32,000 bases of DNA from Beggiatoa leptomitoformis (lineage in GTDB: Bacteria > Pseudomonadota > Gammaproteobacteria > Beggiatoales > Beggiatoaceae), in NCBI RefSeq assembly GCF_001305575.3, contig NZ_CP012373.2, forward strand, positions 2,334,261 to 2,366,260, given 5' to 3'. Shown here piece after piece: positions 1 through 7,154 of this stretch. Made by a program: the position numbers and the translations under genes. A model generated the notes under the pieces. The model saw nothing but the letters and a program-made list of their open reading frames with translations, was not told the origin of the DNA and ran no database searches. Within the stretch, counting starts at the first letter, position 1. Each line of letters starts with the position of its first letter.

Positions 1-140
1 ACATTTTCTACAACTGCGTATGAAACTTGCATTTACTTGTCTAAACAACTTTTTTGTTGTTAAATGTGTTCATGTGTTGTAGATAAGCTAGTATTGTATC
101 TTTAATGATACAAACAGCCGTTAAGCTATGGAGAAATAGA

Positions 141-965
141 ATGATGTCCGATGATTCCGACCCAGACCCAACTATCTTGTTGGAAGCCGTCAATACAATC
201 GCCAAAACTGCTGGCGAGCATATTATGACGGTTTATGAAAAAACCGATTTTAATGTTGTCCAAAAGGCGGATAAATCGCCTCTAACTGAAGCCGACATGG
301 CAGCGCACAACGTGATTGTCAAAGGCTTACAACAACTAACGCCAGATATTCCCGTCCTATCTGAAGAATCCGCACGAATCCCCTTTCAAGAACGCGAAAA
401 ATGGCAAACCTATTGGCTGGTTGACCCCTTAGATGGCACGCGCGAGTTTATTAAACGCAATGGCGAATTTACGGTTAATATCGCCCTGATTCACAAACAT
501 CACCCCATGTTAGGTGTGGTTTATGTCCCTGTTACAAAAGTACTATATTACGCGATACACCAACTAGGTGCGTACAAACAACAAGATGGACAACCCCCTC
601 AACGGATTTTTGCCCGTCGTCGTGCTGACCGTTTAACAGTTGCTGGTAGTCGCTCACATGGGGATGAACACTTCCAACGCTTTGTTAAAATGCTTGGCGA
701 AGTGGACGTATTAAGTATTGGCAGCTCTTTAAAATCTTGCTTAATTGCTGAAGGTAAAGTTGATGTTTATCCGCGTTTTGGACCAACTTCCGAATGGGAT
801 ACAGCAGCAGCTCAATGTATTGTAGAACAAGCTGGTGGATACTTAACCGATGTCTATTTACAACCTTTACGCTATAACACCAAAGAATCCCTGTTAAACC
901 CGAATTTCTTAGTTTTTGGCGATGCAAGCCAAGCATGGTCACACTATCTTGCCCAAGCCGTTTAA
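141..965 (+). CDS. cysQ: 3'(2'),5'-bisphosphate nucleotidase CysQ (inositol monophosphatase fold)
   Basis: ORF 105..965 (286 aa). IMPase-fold motifs are visible: LSEES, WLVDPLDGTREF, SIGSSLK, EWDTAAA. I moved the start to ATG 141 because GGAGA (130-134) lies 6 nt upstream. ATG 105 remains possible. Confidence 0.85.
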   Translation: MMSDDSDPDPTILLEAVNTIAKTAGEHIMTVYEKTDFNVVQKADKSPLTEADMAAHNVIVKGLQQLTPDIPVLSEESARIPFQEREKWQTYWLVDPLDGTREFIKRNGEFTVNIALIHKHHPMLGVVYVPVTKVLYYAIHQLGAYKQQDGQPPQRIFARRRADRLTVAGSRSHGDEHFQRFVKMLGEVDVLSIGSSLKSCLIAEGKVDVYPRFGPTSEWDTAAAQCIVEQAGGYLTDVYLQPLRYNTKESLLNPNFLVFGDASQAWSHYLAQAV

Positions 966-1068
966 ATACTGGCTTATGACCATGACGTGATGAAAGCTGA
1001 TAATTGAGAAGCTCTGTTACTATAATAGATTGTTTTCAATCATCAACTTTCAATAAATGTCTCAACAG

Positions 1069-1108
1069 AAAACCTTCAAGCCCCAATGGGATACTTGAAG
1101 GTTTTTTT
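1069..1108 (+). terminator. Rho-independent terminator downstream of cysQ
   Basis: Inverted repeat CCTTCAAG (1073-1080) / CTTGAAGG (1094-1101) with a 13-nt loop, followed by T7 (1102-1108). An A-run (1069-1072) flanks the left arm. Confidence 0.7.
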
Positions 1109-1135
1109 ATTTCCCTCTCAACTTGACAATTTATT

Positions 1136-2788
1136 ATGCAACCTACTGATACTCAAAATACAATAGATACCATCATTACGTACCACAACCAAACCAAACA
1201 CCAACCAGAACAATATGCCGCAGGACCTGACTTTATGGATTGGATTCATCAACCCAATCCCTTTCGTACCTTTACAGGCGCGCCCCGCATAGAATTGCCC
1301 CTATGTGCAGACCAAATAACCACACTTTATACTGAACTTTATCAAGCAGATATAACACCTAAACCACTTAATAAAAATAATATTGCCACCTTACTTGAAC
1401 TGTCCTTAGGCTTATCTGCATGGAAACAATACGGCAATGACCAATGGTCACTGCGCTGCAATCCTTCCAGTGGTAACTTGCACCCCACAGAAGGCTACGT
1501 ATTTTTACCACCACTCACCGACCTACCTGCGGGGGTCTATCACTACAACAGCCATGACCACGCCTTAGAACAACGTGCTGAAATTGTGCAGATGCAACAT
1601 GCGGATTTTCAACAGTCCCTACCATCGGACTGTTTTTTGCTGGGACTAAGCTCGATTACATGGCGAGAAGCATGGAAATACGGAGAAAGAGCCTTTCGCT
1701 ACTGCCAACATGATATTGGACATGCATTAGGCGCAATCACCTATGCCGCCCGTAGTTTAGGGTGGGACGCACAAATTTTAATAAACTGGTCAGATGATGA
1801 TATTGCGCAACTCTTTGGATTAAATCACAAAGACAGTTTTGCACAAGCAGAAAAAGAAGTTCCTGAAGTCGTACTATGTATTAAGACACAATTTGTACCA
1901 AATTTGCAACAAATTGATGCAAAACTACTACATAACCTATTAAAAAACCAACAATGGTTTGGTCAAGCTAATATTTTATCAAAGAAAAAGCAATTTCAAT
2001 GGGATATCATCGATGTTGCGGTTAAAGCCACAGAAAAACCACAAACCACAGAAATAATCTGGCGCGCCTCTTTAAATACACCGCTGTTGCCACTAGATTG
2101 TTGCAGTGCAACAACGAATACTGTCATCCGTCAACGCCGTAGCGCGCAACAATTTGATGGAACAGGCGTACTGAATAAAAATGCGTTTTTTCGTATTTTA
2201 GACAGCCTGTTACCTCGTAAATCGGGATTTCCGTTTACCGTTTTGCCACAAATGCCTGCCATTAATTTGGTATTGTTTGTGCATAGAGTAACCGATATGA
2301 GCAGTGGGTTATATATCCTAATAAGACAACAGGATATTTTAGAAACCTTACAAGCCAAGATGCGCGCAGAATTCCAATGGGAAAAGCCCGCTGACTGTCC
2401 GTCTCACTTACCGTTATACCGTTTAGTTAGCGCAAATGCGCGAAAATTTGCGCGTTCCCTTTCTTGTCACCAAGACATTGCCGCCGATAGTGCCTTTAGT
2501 TTAGGCATGATTGCAGATTTTTCAGCCCGTTTAGAAAAAGGCGCGTGGCAATACCGTCGGTTATTTTGGGAAGCTGGTTTAATCGGACAAGTTTTATATT
2601 TAGAAGCAGAAGCCGCAGGCTATCGCGGTACAGGGATTGGCTGTTATTTTGATGATGCAATGCACAACACATTAGGACTCAGTGACTTAACTTATCAAAG
2701 TCTCTACCATTTTACGATAGGCAAAGCGTTAGAAGACCATCGCTTAAATACATTAGAACCGTATGCCCATCTAAAAAATCATGTGTAA
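1136..2788 (+). CDS. Two-domain SagB/ThcOx-type dehydrogenase (nitroreductase-fold) protein, function unknown
   Basis: 550 aa. The N-terminal YHNQTKH signature is typical of SagB-type nitroreductase-fold proteins. A second nitroreductase-like half ends in ...YRGTGIGCYFDD.... The size implies a tandem duplication of the fold. Confidence 0.75.
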   Translation: MQPTDTQNTIDTIITYHNQTKHQPEQYAAGPDFMDWIHQPNPFRTFTGAPRIELPLCADQITTLYTELYQADITPKPLNKNNIATLLELSLGLSAWKQYGNDQWSLRCNPSSGNLHPTEGYVFLPPLTDLPAGVYHYNSHDHALEQRAEIVQMQHADFQQSLPSDCFLLGLSSITWREAWKYGERAFRYCQHDIGHALGAITYAARSLGWDAQILINWSDDDIAQLFGLNHKDSFAQAEKEVPEVVLCIKTQFVPNLQQIDAKLLHNLLKNQQWFGQANILSKKKQFQWDIIDVAVKATEKPQTTEIIWRASLNTPLLPLDCCSATTNTVIRQRRSAQQFDGTGVLNKNAFFRILDSLLPRKSGFPFTVLPQMPAINLVLFVHRVTDMSSGLYILIRQQDILETLQAKMRAEFQWEKPADCPSHLPLYRLVSANARKFARSLSCHQDIAADSAFSLGMIADFSARLEKGAWQYRRLFWEAGLIGQVLYLEAEAAGYRGTGIGCYFDDAMHNTLGLSDLTYQSLYHFTIGKALEDHRLNTLEPYAHLKNHV

Positions 2789-2909
2789 TGACAAAAGCAT
2801 AGTAGTGTGTTGAGTAAAGGAACAGGTACGTAGATACGCACTCGCACAATACCCAAAGGAGTTTTGAAAAAAGGATTTTTCGTATTTTTATGATTATTTA
2901 GGGTTATTT

Positions 2910-3413
2910 GTGATGAACTATCGTTATTCTACTATCGTGAACAGTCAACCATTATCTCGATTACGTAACTTGACACAAAAAATTTGTCACAGTTACTCAC
3001 TACCTGAACGCGGTAAACAATCCTTTTGGGTGATTTACCAAAGTCGTTTATGCGAAGCCTTATTAATTCGCTACAAAGGGCAGGCTTATGCCTACTTAAA
3101 CCGCTGTTTATATTCGGGGAAACCCTTAGACAGTGAAGATGATGAAGTTTTTGATGCGTCTGGTAATTTTTTATGTTCCAGCCATGATGGTATTTGCTAT
3201 GACCCACGCACGGGCGAGTGTTTTAGCCCGATTGGTTTAGGGGAAAAGCTTATTGCATTAAGTATTTATGAATTGAATGGCGTGATTTTTCTAAAAGACG
3301 CACATACCAGTTTATCTAATAAACATTTACTTCAGTTTTCTATTGGAAAAAATGCGGATACTCAACTATTCATTCAAAATGAATATTCCTGTATTTATCA
3401 TCAAGACAACTAA
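2910..3413 (+). CDS. Rieske-like domain protein with an incomplete [2Fe-2S] ligand set
   Basis: 167 aa, starting at GTG 2910 (ATG at 2913 is the next codon). It aligns by eye to small Rieske proteins (NRC-P-H ... C-x-x-H-G-A ... GEC-x-GPC). Here it reads NRCLY ... CSSHDG ... GECFSPI, so the first His ligand is Tyr and the GPC Cys is absent. Confidence 0.45.
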   Translation: MMNYRYSTIVNSQPLSRLRNLTQKICHSYSLPERGKQSFWVIYQSRLCEALLIRYKGQAYAYLNRCLYSGKPLDSEDDEVFDASGNFLCSSHDGICYDPRTGECFSPIGLGEKLIALSIYELNGVIFLKDAHTSLSNKHLLQFSIGKNADTQLFIQNEYSCIYHQDN

Positions 3414-3635
3414 AGACATTCCCCTGCACAATCCCCTCGCTAATAGCGGAAAGTTGTCTTTTATCCAGATTTTTCGCCCGCAGTGATAAAACCTCCCCCT
3501 ACATGCGGGAGGTTGCTTTAAGTTAGTGCTAAATAGATAATCCTCAAAGCAGGATAACGTGTTAGACAGCACAAAATTATCCAAATAAATCCGTTATATT
3601 AACTTACGGGATTTTCTAAACGGGCCAAAGACGCG

Positions 3636-4652
3636 ATGAATCTTCACGACACTAGCTACAAACTGCTCTTTTCCTACCCCGAAATGGTTAAAGACCTACT
3701 CACAGGCTTTGTACATGAAAAATGGGTAGAAAATGTCGATTTCAACACCTTAGAACCCTACAAAACCGACTTTATTAGCGAAAAATTCCACAGTCGCAAT
3801 GATGACCTGATTTGGCGCGTTCGTTATCAAGAAAATTGGCTATACATCTACATCATCCTAGAATTTCAATCCTCTATTGATGATTTTATGGCAATTCGCC
3901 TGTGGGTTTACATCGGTTTACTCTATCAACATCTGATAAAAACCGAAAAACTCAATCGTCATGACAAACTCCCTCCCGTTTTGCCTTTAGTTCTCTACAA
4001 TGGCAATCAACGCTGGAATGCCCCAATTTCACTAGACAGTTTGATTCATCCCGCACCTGAAGGATTAGCACAATATCGTCCACAACTACACTACTTACTC
4101 ATAGACGAACTAGCGTATCAAGATGCAGAACTATCGCCCTTAAAAAACCTTGTTGCGGCATTATTTCGCATGGAAAATAGCCGAAATCATGAACAAGCAG
4201 ATACTATAATAGTAGAAGTCATCAAAGCCTTAGCGGACTGGTTAGACTCCCCCGAACAAGCAGGATTAAAACGGGCATTTGTAGCATGGTTAAAACAAAT
4301 TTATTTACCACGCCATTTACCCAATACCCCGATGCCTGTTATTAATGAATTAGAAGAGGTTAGAATTATGTTAGAAGAACGCGTGCAACAATGGTATGCC
4401 GAAGGAATGCAAATAGGTGTGCAACAAGGATTGCAGCAAGGTGAATATTTTGGGTTACAACGTGGCAGGCAAGAAGAAAAACAACGGGATATTTTAATGA
4501 TATTAGAAATCCGTTTTGGTGAGTTACCACTTAGTCTTGTCGAGCAAGTAAAAAGTATGACGGAGATGAATTTACTAGAAACCTGTTTAAAACAAGCCGT
4601 ATTAGTTGAATCATTAACCGTTTTTTGTGAGCAATGGGTGAAAACGAATTAA
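3636..4652 (+). CDS. Rpn/YhgA-like recombination-promoting nuclease (PD-(D/E)xK, putative transposase family)
   Basis: 338 aa. Family hallmarks are present: N-terminal HDTSYKLLFSYPEMVKDLL, the core DLIWRV...LYIYIILEFQS (D...E-x-Q), and a C-terminal helical DUF4351-like tail (ILMILEIRFGELPLSLVEQV...). Confidence 0.85.
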   Translation: MNLHDTSYKLLFSYPEMVKDLLTGFVHEKWVENVDFNTLEPYKTDFISEKFHSRNDDLIWRVRYQENWLYIYIILEFQSSIDDFMAIRLWVYIGLLYQHLIKTEKLNRHDKLPPVLPLVLYNGNQRWNAPISLDSLIHPAPEGLAQYRPQLHYLLIDELAYQDAELSPLKNLVAALFRMENSRNHEQADTIIVEVIKALADWLDSPEQAGLKRAFVAWLKQIYLPRHLPNTPMPVINELEEVRIMLEERVQQWYAEGMQIGVQQGLQQGEYFGLQRGRQEEKQRDILMILEIRFGELPLSLVEQVKSMTEMNLLETCLKQAVLVESLTVFCEQWVKTN

Positions 4653-4804
4653 CATACTTTACCTATACAATACTTACTCCCATGCGTCAGCGTGGGAATG
4701 ACTATCACATCATGCAAGTGTTATTTAAAAACCCCGCCTATCTGCACGTTCTATGCTACCATTTTGGATAAATAACCCCCTTTGTAACGTGCCACGATTT
4801 TCCC

Positions 4805-5647
4805 ATGAATTCTGTTAACCCCGCTGCTCGTCTTCACTATCTAAAAGCCATGGGCATACAACAATGGGTTAGACGTAGCCTGCCCGTTTTAGATGCTGAA
4901 GAACTACCCACTGAAACAATTACGCCTCCGTCAGTCAACACCGCAAATTTACAAACACACTTACAATCTCTTCGTCAAGGCTTACGAAATAATGATAAAC
5001 CGACTGTAATACAAAAAGAAATACCTGCTATTGTTGAAACAAACGCACTCAATTTTATAGACCGTGAAGTACAAGTTTTAGCTAATTTAGACTGGATAGC
5101 ATTAGAACACCGTGTTACCGCCTGTACCGCCTGCCGTTTACATCAGAGCAGAACCCAAACCGTGTTTGGTGCAGGTAATCAACAAGCCGATTGGCTGTTA
5201 ATTGGCGAAGCTCCCGGTGCAGATGAAGATTTACAAGGAGAACCCTTTGTGGGCAAGGCAGGACAGCTACTCACCCAAATTCTCACCGCATTACAACTAC
5301 CACGTACACAAGTCTATATTGCTAATGTGTTAAAATGTCGTCCGCCAGATAATCGCAATCCTGCACCTGATGAGTTAGCCTGTTGTACCCCCTTTTTAGA
5401 CCGTCAAATTGCATTGATTCAACCCAAAATAATCATTGCACTAGGTGCATTTGCCGCACAACACCTACTCAATACCAATAAACCCATCGGTGAATTACGG
5501 GGTAAACAACACAGCTATGCAAAAACGGGTATTCCCCTCATTGCAACCTATCACCCCGCGTATTTACTGCGGAGTCCCTCACAAAAAACAAAAGTTTGGA
5601 ACGACTTTCAAGTTGCTTGTCAGATTTTTGCAAATCTCCAACCCTGA
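4805..5647 (+). CDS. Uracil-DNA glycosylase, family 4, with N-terminal extension
   Basis: 280 aa. Motif A is GEAPGADEDLQGEPFVGKAGQLL and motif B is YHPAYLLRSP. An extension of about 90 aa (MGIQQWVRR...) precedes the UDG core. Confidence 0.85.
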   Translation: MNSVNPAARLHYLKAMGIQQWVRRSLPVLDAEELPTETITPPSVNTANLQTHLQSLRQGLRNNDKPTVIQKEIPAIVETNALNFIDREVQVLANLDWIALEHRVTACTACRLHQSRTQTVFGAGNQQADWLLIGEAPGADEDLQGEPFVGKAGQLLTQILTALQLPRTQVYIANVLKCRPPDNRNPAPDELACCTPFLDRQIALIQPKIIIALGAFAAQHLLNTNKPIGELRGKQHSYAKTGIPLIATYHPAYLLRSPSQKTKVWNDFQVACQIFANLQP

Positions 5648-5662
5648 CCACTATAAACCCGT

Positions 5663-6133
5663 ATGAGTGCTGTTTTACAATTATCAGAATTCGCCATCCG
5701 TCCTATGCAACAAATCGATATCACCAACATTATGTTGATAGAAACCGTTGCTTATACGCATCCTTGGACAGAAGGAATTTTTCGGGACTGTTTGCGTGTT
5801 GGCTATCCTGCATGGGTTTTAGAACAAAACGGTATATTGTTGGGGTACGCGCTACTGTCCATTGTTTTAGATGAAGCACATATTTTAAACCTATGTATTC
5901 ACCCCGATTACCAACGCTGTGGACATGGACAACGCTTATTAAGTCATCTATTTGAAATAGCCTGCCAACAACATTTAAAAACGATGTTACTAGAAGTCCG
6001 TGCATCCAATACGGCCGCTTATCGGCTTTATACAATGATGGGATTTATAGAAGTTGGCATACGGAAACATTATTATCCAACGGATAATATTCATATTCGG
6101 GAACATGCGTTGATACTAACAAAAATATTGTAA
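5663..6133 (+). CDS. rimI: Ribosomal-protein-alanine N-acetyltransferase RimI (GNAT)
   Basis: 156 aa. GNAT acetyl-CoA loop QRCGHGQRLL; LLEVRASNTAAYRLYTMMGF is typical of RimI. The gene lies 15 nt after the UDG gene. Confidence 0.85.
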   Translation: MSAVLQLSEFAIRPMQQIDITNIMLIETVAYTHPWTEGIFRDCLRVGYPAWVLEQNGILLGYALLSIVLDEAHILNLCIHPDYQRCGHGQRLLSHLFEIACQQHLKTMLLEVRASNTAAYRLYTMMGFIEVGIRKHYYPTDNIHIREHALILTKIL

Positions 6134-6265
6134 TTAAATGAATAATAGCGTTTTTATCTTAATATATTTTTGCAAATAGTTTATTGATGACAAAAATTAG
6201 CGAAAGGATAAACGTGTATTATTTAAGGCTACAACCACCACGCTGATGTGTAATAACGATTAACC

Positions 6266-6685
6266 ATGATGGCTCACTCCGCGCCAATACAATACTCAGG
6301 TTTCACCCTCCTAGAACTCCTCGTTGTTCTATTACTCATAGGCTTACTTGCGGGCATGACGCTCCCGCGTTTAACCAATTTATATAATACCTTTCAATCC
6401 GCTTCTGAGCGGGAAGATATTCTTATTCAACTCAATGGATTAAGTTATAAAGCCTACCAACAAGGTAGAATATTTGTACTAACCACTTTTCCCGCAAGCT
6501 CCCCCGAAAAACCCATTGATATTCCCCTTGTTTTGCCACAAGGTTGGCGTGTGACCGCAGAAAAACCAATTCTTTTTCGGGAAAATGGCGCGTGTAATGG
6601 CGGGATTGTTTCCTTATCTTATCAAGAAAATCTATCTTATCGTGCCGAACTCACGCCCCCTTTTTGTCGAGCCCATTTGTTATGA
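6266..6685 (+). CDS. Prepilin-type N-terminal cleavage/methylation domain protein (GspH/FimT-like minor pseudopilin)
   Basis: 139 aa. The leader ends ...QYSG|FTLLELLVVLLLIGLLAG, giving G-1, F+1 and E+5. The C-terminal ILFRENGACNGGIVSL resembles the GspH-type beta region. Confidence 0.7.
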   Translation: MMAHSAPIQYSGFTLLELLVVLLLIGLLAGMTLPRLTNLYNTFQSASEREDILIQLNGLSYKAYQQGRIFVLTTFPASSPEKPIDIPLVLPQGWRVTAEKPILFRENGACNGGIVSLSYQENLSYRAELTPPFCRAHLL

Positions 6686-7095
6686 AACAGCGTGGATTCA
6701 CTATCTTAGAAGCAATTGTTGCACTTGTTCTGATTGCAACCACAGGACTTGCGCTATTTAGCTGGATTAATACCAGTTTATTCAGCCTGTACCGTGTACA
6801 ACAAGTACAACAACGTAATGAAGCCATTCGTAACGCACTTGCTTTTGTCAGCACGATTAACCCACTACAACGTCCTGAAGGACAGGAAACACTGGGGGCT
6901 TACCGTTTTGTTTGGACAGCAACCCCCATAGAACCCCCGCGTGATGGAATTAATCGCTTGGGCAGTATTGGACTATATCAGGTTGGTTTATTCACGATGA
7001 CCGTGCAAATTTATCAAGCAGAAGAACTGCTCACAGAATTTAATTTTCGCCACATCGGCGCGTTACAAGTCCGCGACCCCGTTACTGACCTGTAG
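6682..7095 (+). CDS. Prepilin-type N-terminal cleavage/methylation domain protein (GspI-like minor pseudopilin)
   Basis: The ORF track starts at TTG 6664. I prefer ATG 6682, which gives the classic leader MKQRG|FTILEAIVALVLIA. ATG 6682 overlaps the upstream stop as ATGA (6682-6685), indicating translational coupling. Confidence 0.7.
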   Translation: MKQRGFTILEAIVALVLIATTGLALFSWINTSLFSLYRVQQVQQRNEAIRNALAFVSTINPLQRPEGQETLGAYRFVWTATPIEPPRDGINRLGSIGLYQVGLFTMTVQIYQAEELLTEFNFRHIGALQVRDPVTDL

Positions 7096-7154
7096 TAAAA
7101 TTCCCCTTTCCGTTTTTTTCTATTTCTACAACAGATTTAAAGGTTATTACTTCC

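Noticed and set aside
1-32. Possible start of a minus-strand gene leaving the left edge (CAT at 30-32)
   Set aside because: Only 10 codons are visible, so neither identity nor reality can be supported.
1123-1128. Perfect TTGACA hexamer upstream of the nitroreductase gene as a -35 box
   Set aside because: It ends only 7 nt before the ATG at 1136, so the matching -10 box and transcription start would fall inside the coding region. That geometry is not a plausible promoter.
1136-3413. SagB-type gene as the core of a thiazole/oxazole RiPP (TOMM) cluster
   Set aside because: No YcaO cyclodehydratase, docking protein, precursor-like small ORF or exporter is adjacent. The small ORFs in the flanking spacers are at most 13 codons and overlap the cysQ terminator hairpin.
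3366-3584. 72-aa minus-strand ORF between the Rieske-like and Rpn genes
   Set aside because: It overlaps the 3' end of the Rieske-like CDS, runs through the GC-rich hairpins, and has no RBS or motif. It is likely spurious.
5445-5874. Two short + strand ORFs (73 aa and 92 aa) overlapping the UDG/rimI junction
   Set aside because: They are out-of-frame overlaps of two genes that both carry family motifs, and they have no independent support.
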